DNA of 63,538 nt from Negaprion brevirostris (taxonomy: Eukaryota). Position 1 is the stretch's first letter, and each line of letters starts with the position of its first letter. A program made the position numbers and the translations under genes. Positions 38,230-50,560 of the stretch are shown piece after piece. The notes beneath the pieces are model-generated. The model made no database searches. It saw only the letters and a program-made list of their open reading frames with translations, and was not told the origin of the DNA. Where the stretch lies: the NCBI GenBank assembly GCA_030324005.1, contig JARDVH010000115.1, positions 48,740,246 through 48,803,783 of the forward strand. The letters are read 5' to 3'.

Positions 38230-38560
38230 GACCACCCCACGTTGCCGTTGAACTGAGTTGGTTACTGGACCATTTCAGAAGGCATTTAAGAGTGAACCAC
38301 ATTACTGTGGGTCTGGAGTCACATGTAGGCTAGACTGGGTGAGGACAGCAAATTCCCTTCGCTAAAGGGTGTTCATGAACCAAATAGGATTTTACAATTG
38401 ATGATACTTCATTGCTTGCTATTACTGAGATGAAATTTGAATTCCACATTTAGTAAATTAATGTGAAGCCTAGCAGTTGCCATGGTGCGATTGGAACCTC
38501 GCCCCTGGAATATTAGCCTGAACTAATAGTCACGTGACTTTATCACTGCACCTTGTACCT
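38230..38560 (-). mobile_element. Deu-type SINE/LINE head fragment
   Basis: GTGGGTCTGGAGTCACATGTAGGC is the reverse complement of the Deu core seen at ~4180-4200. Confidence 0.65.
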
Positions 38561-40419
38561 CACCTAAATAGTTGGGAGAAGGGAGGGGGGTAGAAGGGGG
38601 TTGAATGTACAACCAAACATACATGACCTTATTACATTCATACATAACATCAGCTGAATACAATCTCAATTAAAAAAAACACTATCTTGATTGCCAGCAA
38701 TTGTTTGATCTGTTATCTTAGGCCTAAATATTTTTAAAAAATGTGTTCTCAAGATGTAAATGAAGGTAAGGCAATATTTACCACCCAGTGAAATATAAGC
38801 AAAATACTGCAGATGCTGAAAATCTGAAATGTACACATAGCATGGCAGAAATACTCAGCAGCTCTTGCAGCATTTGTGGAGAGAGAAGCAGAGTTAAATT
38901 TTATTGAATATGACTCTTACACAGAAACAGTTCTGCATTTATTTAAAGCCCAGTCTCGGTGCCCCAGAAACATTGGTTATGAGCCAATGAATTATACATA
39001 CAGGGAATCCAATTGTAACATTATACTTAAAAGTAACTCTTGAGGCGGTGTGCTTGTTGTGTTACCTCAGCCGTTCAGGGTTCTTCAAAGTCAAATGTTA
39101 TTCATTATTTATAGTATAAAAATATAGAAATGAAATGCATTTTTTATCAGAAAACTTGATAAAGAAATAATCATTTTCATTTTTTAATTCAAATGATTTG
39201 GACCAGAGATAGGAAATTGTCCAACGGTGATGGTGCGATTGGATGCATTGCCCACTCCACATGTCTAAAGAGACTTAATGCAACTCTGTCTTTCAGATTC
39301 ATTTGTGTGTTACCTATGCACTGTGGCATCAGTTGCAGCTTCAGAGGCCAAATGTGGAATGAAGCAAAATCTACTGCTTTTCATGTTGGCTCAGGGCCAA
39401 AGGTAAGTCTGGGAAATAGATCTGGTTGATGACTCTAGTTTCACATGAATCTTGGAAGTTTCATCAATCAACTATTTGCTTCCGACCACCTTGTTCAGTC
39501 AGATATCCTTTCCCGCTCTACCACAGTGAACTTATAACCATCAAATCTATTCAAAATACATGAAAAACACACACCATTGTTTCATACCCCTGTGATTTTT
39601 CTCCTGGAATGTTTGCAGCAATGTTCAGGAGATTAATCTTTAATCCCTGGAGATACTGGGAGGATTATTGACAAGCCTAAAGGGAGAGATGAGTTAACAG
39701 AGAGGGAGCCGGTAGCAACTCGAAGTTTTAATGTGGATATAGGAGAAATAGTCCTAGTTCCACACTTGGGTAAGTGCAAATCTTTTGACTTAACCTTTGG
39801 CTAGTAGCTCTAGTCTCCTTTTTAAGATCCTTGATTTGGCTGCTGTGTGCCTGAGAAAACATATTGTAGCATGAGCAGCACATGTTGAACTCATTTGAAG
39901 CCCAATTTCACAAAGACACCTGAAAGAGATATAAGGCCCCTGATTTGCAATGGTAATGAACCTAATTCCTGCTTCATGCATATAAAAATCATTACACAGG
40001 ATAAAAGGGAATTTACACTGATTATTTGGAACAACTAATTTATGTTCATTACAAGTTAGGCAAGCATTGAAGCTAATTTATCAAATCAGGCATTATTTAG
40101 AATAATGTCATTTTCCATTCAAATATTTTGGGGATTTGGGAGGGAACCATATCAGAATCAAGTTAATAATAGCAAAATACACATTATAACAAATTTCAAC
40201 AAAATTCCCATAATTATGATCTATGCTTTGAAAGGATAAATGATTTGGTAAATATTTTCATGAATAACATCCTTTAAACATTTAGAGTTTATGAGCCCAT
40301 TATTTTCAGTGACAATAAACCCAAGTAGTTAAGTTCTGCGTGTAGTGGAATGTAAATACCAAATTAATGAATACACAAAGTCAACCCCATGCTATTCTCC
40401 TTCAACATCTCTGTTTTTT

Positions 40420-40617
40420 ATCATAGAATCATAGAACCCTACAGTGCAGAAAGGGGTCATTTGGCCCATTGAGTCTGCACTGAATGCAATCCCACCCAGG
40501 CCCTACCCCCCAATCCCTACATATTTACCCACTAATCCCTCTAACCTATGCATCCCAGGACACCGAGGGGCAATTTTTTAGCATGGCCAATCAACCTAAC
40601 CCGCACATCTTTGGACT
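40420..40617 (-). mobile_element. HE1 SINE 3' half
   Basis: ATCATAGAATCATAGAA tail repeats and TAGCATGGCCAATCAACCTAACCCGCACATCTTTGGAC. Confidence 0.8.
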
Positions 40618-40699
40618 TTCTAGTCAAATGGGCCTATTCTTTTCTAGTTCTGCTCAAAATTACCCAGTTTTATCAAAAAAATTCTGCAATAATTTTTTC

Positions 40700-41940
40700 C
40701 TCCATGTACTATTTCCAAGGCTCTATTCGTAGCCCACTCCTATTTCTCATCTACATATTGTCCCTGCATGTCATCATCTGGCAGCACTCAGCTCCAACTC
40801 ACCACTATTTCCCTTGATTCCTCCAAGGTCTGTGTTGTCAAACTCCTTGCTTGACAGCTAGATCTATGTGTCTCATGATTCCCATCCCTTAAACATTTAA
40901 AAGATTGAAGTCATTGTCTTCGATCCCATCATAAACTCCATTTCTGAGTCACCAATTTTTACCCCTCTTGCTGGGCATGGTAATGGACTGAATCTNNNNN
41001 NTTTCAACCATGGATTCCTACATGGACTCTGAACTGAGCTTCTGACTCATATCCACGCTTTCAAAAATATCACTTTCATATCTCTCATCTCTGCCTCAAT
41101 TTAACTGCTGCTACAGCACCCTCATTTTTCTTACCCCTGCTGTCAGCTATTATGATACCCTTCTTAAAGGCATTCCATCTCCTAATCTCTTTAAAATCTA
41201 AGTTCACCTAAAACTCTGCTGTATTCCAATCTGCACAAAGTCAATTTAAGCTAACACTCCCAGCTCCTCACTTACATTGCCTCCTGTTCCACCAACACCT
41301 AATTTTAAAATGACCATCCTCATGTTTAAAATCTCATGAGCTTCCTCTTTCTATCTGTGTAACCTGATCCATCCAAGAACTCTAGGTATATTGACCTCTT
41401 ATCCAATCCCCTCTCATTTTGCCCCAACGTTGGCCGCAATATCTTTAGTTAACTGGAACTTTTGTATTAACCTTTCCGACTCCTTCTTGGCCTATTGACT
41501 AAGATCAAGTGTAGTTTTGCTGTGCTGCACTTGGTCAAAATGATGAGGTTACACTGAGGCTTAATTTGAAACAACTTTTTAAAGTGGCATCTAGGCCTTT
41601 TGGCTAAGATGCAAATAAGATCAATCCTTGGAGATGCAATGCCTGCTCCAATCAGCTTGAATCATGTAGATCAAGCCCCAGCCAGCCTGTCTTGTCAGCT
41701 TGGATTTGGAATGTCCCACTTGTTGAGACTTTACACTTTGATTGGATATAAACAAAAAAAAACTTTTCCAAATCTTCCCCCCGCCCCTCAAATGCTCCTT
41801 AAAACTCGTTGACCAGGCTTTCAGTCATCTATCCTATTGTCTCCATCTCTGTTTGCCTTGTGATGAATGCTCTCCTGTTATTTGCATGAGATGTTTTCAT
41901 TAATATTAACGGAGCTTTACAAATGCAAGTGATTGTTGTT
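40700..41940 (+). mobile_element. Highly decayed L2-type LINE 3' region (host of the U2-headed element)
   Basis: Pyrimidine-rich strand with L2-like remnants (TTACATTGCCTCCTGTT, CTCCTTAAAAC, tail GGAGCTTTACAAATGCAAGT..TGTTGTT). Confidence 0.55.
41479..41760 (+). mobile_element. U2 snRNA-headed short retroposon
   Basis: 41479-41515 matches U2 nt 1-37 at 31/37. An exact copy of U2 nt 11-27 lies at 41594-41610. A-rich tail at ~41748-41762, with imperfect flanking direct repeat AACCTTTCCG / AACTTTTCCA. Confidence 0.75.
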
Positions 41941-42284
41941 ATTACATACAATAACTGGTGAAAGCCACTTCCAAACTTTTATCAGGATTCCTAGCAGTCC
42001 TGTCAAGCTGCATACAGGACTGAACAACTGTAAAGCAGGGTGACCAAAAAACTTATTTAAATTGGATTACTGCTATTTGCATAACCCCGCGTTAATAATG
42101 TTTATTAAAACATCCCGCAGCATTAAAAAAAGCACAATAATTGAAAGCAGGACGGGTTTGGTGTCATTTTTCAGGAATAAGCTCTCCAGCCATTTTTGCT
42201 GATGANNNNNNNNNNNNNNNNNNNNNNNNNNNNNNNNNNNNNTTAATTTTGCACAAACGTTTTGAGAGTCAAATTGCTGATATA

Positions 42285-42635
42285 TCGTGGTGCAGCAGTG
42301 ACTGGAGGGGGGGGGGTGGGTTGCAGCGAAGCTGCGGGGCCTGGGTTCGGTTCCCCCGGGGTGGAGGCGCGGAGCCTGGGTCCAGCCCCCGGTCCCCGGG
42401 GGTGGCGGGGGAGAGGGGCTCGGCGCGGGGCCTGGACCGCAGGCTCGAGCGCGCCCGCCAGCCTCGCCGGTTGCTAGGCAACGGCGTTCAACAATCTCCA
42501 AGCGCGGCCCAGCTTGCAGCAGCAAAGCAGGGGAAGGACACAGAGAAAGAGCCCGCAATCCATCCCCAGTGCGGCTGCAGAGCAACAAACCAACCCGCCC
42601 GTGGGAAAAAGAAGCACAAATAACACCTCTTCAAG
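42285..42635 (+). promoter_or_regulatory. CpG island with RFX X-box; probable TTC6 promoter and non-coding first exon
   Basis: Sharp GC/CpG-rich island, GTTGCTAGGCAAC at 42470-42482, and a strong donor AAG|GTGAGA after 42635. Confidence 0.6.
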
Positions 42636-43069
42636 GTGAGACCACTTTTTATAAAAAGGCAGGAGGATGGAAGAGAATTCAGACTGGAGCCATTTAGAAT
42701 CAACACTACATTTCTTCACTTGGGTTGCAGCAAGATAACATTTCCACATCCACAGTAGGTTTTACTAACATTAATACATAGTTTGTGACTTTTGAAGTTA
42801 AATCAAAGCCAGTCGCTTCTCAGGTAAAATGAATGTATTAGCTTAAAGAATCGTAGTTTCACTACTTATAATTTGCCATCCCTTATCTAATTTCAGATTG
42901 AAATAACTGACGCAAAGCAGTTGTATTTGCCCCGTTCTTGGTTTGTCTGGGATGAAGGTGACAACTCACACTAGCATGTGGTTCCACCTGCTTGCCATGA
43001 TGTACAATTCTGGGCGTGGACAATGTGTGTTGGACAGGCCATTTGACTGTAGAAACCATCACAAACTGA

Positions 43070-43275
43070 TTGGGTGAGATTTTCTGGCCCCCTAGCCGTG
43101 TGTTTCCTGTTGGCGGGATGTGACATGTTGTTTGCTGGCAGTAGGATTCTCTGGTTCCCACCACTGTAAATAGGAATTCCCATTGATGTCACCCACACTG
43201 GCGAGAAACCTCAAGGGTGGGGGTGCATTGCTGGCAGGACTGGAGAATCCCAACGGCGTGAAGAATGGCCTGAGA
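43070..43275. mobile_element. MITE-like element
   Basis: Imperfect internal inverted symmetry (TGGCGGGA..GGATTCTC / GGAGAATCCCAAC), related to elements at ~46960-47140 and ~60480-60620. Confidence 0.45.
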
Positions 43276-44611
43276 TTTCTGGTAATTATCTTTAATTCTG
43301 ACACAGGGTCATCCAGACTTGAAGCATTGGCTGCGTTCTTTCACCGCAGATGCTGTTGGATCTGCTGAGATTTTCCAGCATTTTCTGTTTCTGATTCCAG
43401 CATCTGCAGTAATTTGCTTTTATGCAAATAAATTAAATCCAGTCCTCATTTTACAACTGCACAAACATATGATGTTATTTGAGCGTGAACAGGAGGAAGG
43501 AACTTGCCTAATTTTTTCTTTCCGGACACAATAAAACCAACGGTAGAAATTCTACTACATTTTAAAGGAATGCTATTGTCTTCTTGAAGAGTTTTGGAAC
43601 ACCTTCAGTTTTTTGAATTGACAAATGATTGGCTCAGAGTGCTTCCATATTACCTACAGATGGTTTGTGTTTTAAAGGATGCATAACTGCCAAATTTAAC
43701 AGATTAAAAGTACTATCAGCTATGTTTGGTTATATTATTGTCGCGATGCCCTCCACTGCCTACTATTTACTCATTGAAATACATCTGCAAACACAACATT
43801 TGTTGATCATGAATGAAGTGAAACAAACACAAATGAAATTTTATTATTTTGTTTCAGAATTGCTAGTTCAGAAAATCTTGAATTGAGATGGCTCTGAAAG
43901 TTTGAGACAAAGACCCTGAGATAATCAACCACACCCCTGCAAATGCATGAGTGACCTTTGTGCATTTTGGCAGATTGCTAGGTCTTGGAGAAAGTGATGT
44001 TTTGACATCCTGAGATGGTGTCTACAGCCCTGCTACTGGGAATTTCTTCACAAAAACAGACACAGTAACTACTCTGGATCCCCAGGTCACTATTGCAGCT
44101 GTCTGAGCATCCATGGGAGAATGCTTCAGCATGGCAGGGGAGTTGAGGTTAGTGGGTGGGATGGTGGGGGAGGGGTGGTGGTGGTGGGCAGTGGTTGAGG
44201 TGCTGGTTAGGTAGGTGTGGTGGAGATAGATTCTGGTGTAAATGTGCCTGAAATTGTCATATGTTTTATGGTGTACTTCAATATTGCGAAACTGCCATTC
44301 AAAACTGAGCTTTGTGGCTAATGGAACTTCCACCCAAATTGCCCTCTACACCTTACAACTCGGGAAAGTTGCTAATGATGGCAGCTATGCTCACTGGTCC
44401 AAAAACATCCTTTGAAATCCAGGTTCTGATATATTGAGAACTGCAGGGTTATTAGCTTAGCAGAGATATAAACTCGTCTCTTACAGGAATTTGCTTCTCC
44501 ACTGCCAGTACTACCATCACAGTCGTCTGTGTTTCATGCTGGTTCTCCCTTTGAACTCACTGTTTAAATCTTCCACGCTGAATGGATCCGATCTGGTACT
44601 TGGAAGAAACA

Positions 44612-45575
44612 ATGGGACGATTCTCTGACCTTGCTGTGCCATTAGTAGACCATGTCTGTCCCAGAGAATAGTGTGTGGGCATAAGTTCATATTGCACCTG
44701 GTGCCAAACAGTTTCCCAGCAAGTCTCTGAGCCCTTCCTGATGGCGTGAATGGGTGCGTGCCCAGAAAGGGCACGAGGCTGATTCTCATATTTAAAATAG
44801 CATTTAAATATGCATAGCCTGTTCAAATTCCAGTACATGAACTCACTGGCTATCAGGCAGGGGGTGATAACAGCAAGAATCACTACTGGCCTCCACTAGC
44901 ACTATGGCCATGCCAGAAGGCTTGGAGGCCACTGAAAGTGTTCAAGCGCATGGCTGGGTGGTTCCCACTGGCAGGTGCCCACTGGCACATTGGTGGTGCT
45001 CAACAGTGGCCACCATACGGCCCACAGTGGCCACTGGGCAGCTTAAAGCTGCCAGTGGGGTGTTGCCAGTGTGCCTGGGGCAGTACTGAGGGGGTGGGGC
45101 CTGAAAGGGGGCCATGATGGGGAGAGGAGCAGCTGGGGGGGTGTTTGACAGGGAGGTCATAGAGGGGTGGATGGTGAAGGAGGTCCTGATGGGGACGTTA
45201 GAAGTCCAGATGGGAGGGCAAGTTGGGGGCCGGGCAGGAGGGCCCTGATATTCCAATATCAGCGACCTGTGTCATGGAGGGCATGAGGGAATGCCACTGT
45301 TGAGCGGGGGGGAGGGGGGAAGAGGGGAATCCCGATATCCATGGAGTATGAGAGGGACTTACCTAATGCCTTGCAAACTGGCACCGGAGTGTTCTGAAGC
45401 TGAGCTCACTGATGTGTTAAGCCCCACCCCCCCACCCCCCTCCGCAAAGTCCAAACTGTCCAAAAAGTGACTGAGTGTGGGAGGATTGTGATGTGGAATG
45501 CACCCGGAAGACCGGCACTGACCACTCCACTATTTTGCTGTTGTGACATTTAGAAATCTTTTGGAGAATTCTACC
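44612..45575. mobile_element. GC-rich non-autonomous DNA element (Harbinger/PIF-like MITE, decayed)
   Basis: Begins TGGGACGATTCTC and ends GGAGAATTCTACC. G-rich TGCCAG/TGGCAC-laden core similar to 59000-59760. Confidence 0.45.
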
Positions 45576-46329
45576 TATAGTGTAAGGACATGTGCACAGT
45601 ACCTTATTGGGCCCTGTATTTTTCCTTCCTGTGGAATACCTAGTGTAATGCAGGTTACAATGGTGTGTGCTTGAGAACAACCTTTTTAAATAGGTTTCAT
45701 TAAAACTGACATGGTAAGGCATATGGTTTCACACATACACATGGATGAGGGACTAGGTATGAAAGAGCAGGAGGAAGTTTTTGCACCTGTCATGTACCAA
45801 TGACAATCGTCCAAATTTAATTTCATTCCTGTCAGGACTTCCTCTTCATATAAGGTTATTGGATTTAGGTTTGGAAAGGTTTCTCTTGTATTTGTCCTTT
45901 CCCTTTTGTTATGCATTATTTATACTTGATCCATTTAAACGTCTGAATGATCTGTATGCCTAGGGGATGCTACAGGGTTCAAACTAAACCACACTCTTTA
46001 TTGGGCACGGATAGTAAAGATTGGCAGTACCTTATTACATGAAGGGAAACAATTGTACATAATGATGTACATAAAGGCAATGGTACATTCATTTATTTGG
46101 CCAGTCAAATTTTTGTGCCCACATATGTGGATTTCTGGATATAGCATCAACAAGAGCCAATGTCCTCCCATTCACATATTTTGGGCCCTTTCCAGAAAAA
46201 TAATCCTCCTTTTGACTTCCTGCAGACTCCATCTGAAAATTATGCTATTCTTAGCCTTTTCCAATGCCTCACAGACAAATTTTGGCTCATTTTCCTTCCT
46301 GGGAGATGCCATAACAATGTGGCTGTCTC

Positions 46330-46805
46330 TTTAAACTGTAGCACGTGGTTAATGTATTAGTTACAACTTGCCAATCAAAAAATATCCATTTATCTTTACC
46401 TTCTGCTTCCTGTTAGCTACCCAATCCTCTTTCCATGCTATTATGTTACCCCAACACCATGTCCTTTTATCCTGTGATGTGGAACCTTATCAAATGCCTT
46501 TTGGCAATCCAAGTACATCTCATTTACAGGTTTCCCTTTATCCACTGTTCTTGTTACTTCCTCAGAGAAATCTAATAAACACAATTTCCCTTTCACAAAG
46601 TCATGTTGACTGTGCCTGATCACATTATGAATTTGTAGGTATCCTGTTATGAAGAAGTAGTTAGACATAGCACTTCAGGCAAAGGAGATCAAAGGATATG
46701 GGGGGAAGGTGGAATTTGACTTTAAGTTGGATGATCAGCTATGGTCATGATAAATGGCAATGCAGGCTCAAATAGGCAAAAGGCCTACTCCTGCCCCTAT
46801 TTTCT
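46330..46805. mobile_element. CR1 RT fragment (-) abutting a CR1 3' end (+)
   Basis: Minus ORF SQHDFVKGKLCL..YLDCQKAFDKVPH. 46669-46805 is a plus-strand CR1 3' UTR (GATGATCAGCTATG..GGCCTACTCCTGC). Confidence 0.75.
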
Positions 46806-47149
46806 CTGTAAAACTGAATGATCATGTCATATTAATGATCTCTGTTTGCACTTCTATAAGCAGCGTCTGACAGGAAGGGGCTAGTTTAACAGTAATATTG
46901 CAGCAGCAAATTGGGTCAAATCAGAGAAAAGTTAGAAAAAGTTACATTTTAAAGGCACTTGGATGGGATTTTATGCCCCCACGTTCCCCTCGCTTCCCGT
47001 CGTGACCTGTTTGCCAGGATCTTCTAGTCCTGTCAATGTCTACAGTGGTTTGTGTGGCTTGCCCATCCTGTCATTGTGGAGTGTCACCTTTGGCGGGAGT
47101 GGGAGAACCTGCCGGCAGGAAGGACTGGAAAATTCCACTCTATATCTGA

Positions 47150-47960
47150 ATGAATGAAGGATTTGTTGAAAGATAGTTGAATTCATGGCCTTACTGGAAT
47201 TTTTATGCATCCAACTGTTTTCAGGGATCCACCAGTTGCATGTCTGAGATCTCTAAGGCAGCAAATCATTGCTGCATTAAGTAGGTACCCAATNNNNNNN
47301 NNNNNNNNNNNNNNNNNNNNNNNNNNNNNNNNNNNNNNNNNNNNNNNNNNNNNNNNNNNNNNNNNNNNNNNNNNNNNNNNNNNNNNNNNNNNNTGTGCTA
47401 CTCGACCAACTTTGAAGGTCCATTGGCTTTGTATCATTGCAGGATTTCCTCCAGTGCGATGTGTACTCGATTGCATGCACGTGGTTATCAAGGCATTCTC
47501 AGATCAACCAGGTGCCTTCATAAACAGGGATTCCACCAAAGCATATCTTGCTCATTTCCCTGCGAGCAGTCGTGATGCTTATATACTTTGCCACTTGCAG
47601 TTGTCACACCTGTTCCAGCCTCCTGCACTTACTCAGGGATGGAACCTGAGGACAATGGTTATGCACACAGGACATAGTTGCTGATGCCAGTAAGGAACAT
47701 TCATATCGCACCCAAGGACTGTTATAGTGCCTGTCAAGGATGATTCGAGTGATGATTGAAAAGCCATTGACCTCCTAAAGATGAGGTTCCATTGTTTGTA
47801 CTGATTCAGTGGAACATTGCTGAATGCCCCAGTGAGGATTCCCCATATCATGCTACGCTCTGCACAGGAGGGAGGCCTTTCACCTGGAGGGTATAGATGA
47901 GTGTCACTCTTCATCTGACAAGGAGGATGTTGAGGAGGGGCAGAACAGGTAGGAAAGGAT
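47150..47960 (+). mobile_element. Decayed Harbinger/PIF (HARBI1-like) DDE transposase
   Basis: IAGFPPVRCVLDCMHVVIKA...FINR resembles the HARBI1-family GFP..G.IDCTH..I.AP...F.NRK motif. Frameshifted downstream. Confidence 0.75.
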
Positions 47961-49531
47961 CATGAGTCCTCTGCGCCGGAGGCAAGGGGCATTGAGGGAT
48001 ACATAAGGGTGGATCAAGACAATCTAATTCACATCTATTTCTGTCTGCCTAATTCAAAACCTAATTCTACTTGTTGGGCATTGCTTCCTTCAAATTGTCC
48101 ATCATCGCTAAAGCACCCAGCCTCTCCACCTGCACTGACGCATCTAAGGAGATTGTCAGATTCGGCTTGTCCATACAGAGGCAAGCAACTGAGGTGGGGT
48201 GGGGCAGGGAAAGGGTGCAGACTGCGTCTGACAAACAAGCATTAACTTCTTGAGACAACATTATTGATTCTTAACTTGCACAAAATTTAAACACGTGATT
48301 TTGGTGCTCTTTTTAATGGGTTTACAATTGCTTCTAAGAAGTGCAATATCTGTGCTTGCAGCTGGAATGTAGGCTGACTGCCACATGACCTGAGATTACC
48401 TTGGTGATTTGGGTTAGAATTGGCTGCCCAGCTGCTTACAGACTTTGTTCTCTTTAAGTGACCAGATGGAGAATTTTGGAGTTTTAAAACCAGCCTTTAT
48501 TTCTATGAGCTAGCAAGGGATCTGGTCTGCCAGCTGGTGGTGAAGCAGAGGGCTCTGGATGCAACATCATACCAACATATATATTTCCAGATTCAATCAC
48601 AAATAATTAGCATTTACCAATCTGAGATGCACATTTGGAACAATATCCACTCACAATTAACAGTTGAGATTACATAATGTATAACATAAGAGTATAGTTG
48701 TCCAATTCCAACTTGTGCACATCTACCTAATAATATCACCAAGCATGTATTTCTTTCTACACAAAGATGAAGTTATCTTTTTAACCAGTGGTATATCAAC
48801 TCCTGTGTCTCATTGTCTCTTTCTTGTTGGAACAGACACTGACAAACTGCAGCTGTGCATAATTCAATGGAGATCTTGTGTGTATGCTGTGTGACTGAGG
48901 CCTCTCTTGTAACTAGAAGTTTTATTGTCGTTGACTCATGTGGATCTGCTTTAATCAAGATCTGTGGTTTTCCCATAGCTTTTCCTGTATGACTGACTTT
49001 AGCAGCTTGTAGCTTATGTGATTTTTAAACTTGTGTGATTATTAACCATTTCATGGCTGTTCTGTGGCTGCCAAGATCTGGTGGACCCCAGTCTGCTGAG
49101 GGGCTCCCATGCAGATGCAGGACCCCTCTCTGTTACTGAAGCTATTTGAATGTGCAAGAGCTGACCCCATTTAGAACGCCCTGAGATATGACTTTATCTG
49201 TTCCTGCTCCTTTGCGAGACACACTTTCCATGTTGACTACTCCCCTCGCTTTGCTGCTGCTGCGTTTAACTCAGACCTAGACGATGGTTGCAAGACTTCA
49301 TATATCTTTGGCATCCACTAATTAGTCTGTTGGATCTGGCTTTCCATTAGGGTTGCCAGCCTCTCAATGGAGGAAGTCATGTACACACACTGCTTATACA
49401 TGGCCGCATGCATGGCCTTGATGGACTCATCCATCATCTTCACATGGCTGTGCATATCTTCAGAGAGCTCTACCAAATGTTCTCAAATCCCTCGCTAAAA
49501 CTCTGGCGGTTCCATGGGGCTGACACTAGAG

Positions 49532-49919
49532 CAGTGGTTCCCAACCAATGTGCCGAGCTATGAAGACCTCTCCCAAGTGTGCCCCTTGATTCAAAGATTT
49601 GAAATGATTAAAAATTCATGAAATGAAGCTAAAACTAACTTTATCTTCAGCTGTGGTTGGCATCTCCAAGATCTGATGAAACTTGGTCTCCCATGAATGT
49701 GCCAGCTGAGAAAGAGCCACACGTGCAAGGTTTCAATATTTTTTATTCAGTCAGGCCCGTCTGCATGATCAGCAGGACTTGGTGCTGAAGACAAAGGTTT
49801 CATAGACATGAACATAAAGTGAAAACTCAAAAAGAGTATAAATACCTTTGAAGAAACGGAAAAAGCAGCTTGAGGTTAAAAGATGTGCCATGAAATTTTT
49901 TAAAGGTTGAGAACCACTG
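49532..49919. mobile_element. Non-autonomous hAT (Charlie-like) element
   Basis: TIRs CAGTGGTTCCCAACC / GGTTGAGAACCACTG and an 8-bp TSD, CACTAGAG (49524-49531) / CACCAGAG (49920-49927). Confidence 0.85.
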
Positions 49920-50149
49920 CACCAGAGCCTGTCATCAACCTAGGGATTAGCGTGAGCTTGGTCTTCTATAGCCCTCTGTCTGTCAGTGGCCTCAGCTGCA
50001 CAGGCTCATTTGTGCTGTGTTCACCACCTTGTTAACCTAAGTCTAATTGTGAACACATATTCATCCAAAGAGTCTCTGCACTGGTGGGTTGTGTGGGGAG
50101 CTGATGTGATGATGCTTCTCTGAGGAAACCTCCTCCTCCCCATGATTAG

Positions 50150-50560
50150 ACAGAGTGAACAAGGTTTTATGAAAAGGAAATTGTGTTTGACAAATCTGCT
50201 GAAGTTTTTTGAGGATGTAATTTGCAGGGTTGTTAAAGGGGAATCTGTGGTTTTATTTTATATGGATTTTCAGAAGACATTCAATAAAGTTCACACATAA
50301 GAGCTCATGGGGTTGTGGTAGTATATCATGGATGGAGGATTGGTTAAAGCCGAGAAAACCAGAGTAGTAATAAACAGACCATTTACAGATTATCCAGAAG
50401 TTTCTAATGGTGTACCATAAGGATCAATGTTGGAGTTTCTGCAATTTACACTTAACATTAACAACTTATATGAAAGGACCAAATGTAAAATACCCAAGTT
50501 TGCTGATAATAGAAAGTTAGGTGAGAGACTAAGCTTTGAACAGGATGCAAAGGGCCTAAT
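50150..50560 (+). mobile_element. CR1 RT fragment
   Basis: GFMKRKLCLTNLLKFFE, YMDFQKTF and KFADN remnants. Confidence 0.75.

Noticed and set aside
41479-41515. Functional U2 snRNA gene
   Set aside because: Only 37 nt, mutated, with no Sm site or 3' domain.
42073-42749. Several ORFs of 70-171 aa over the CpG island
   Set aside because: GC-driven stop avoidance plus an N gap; low-complexity Pro/Gly/Arg products in multiple frames.
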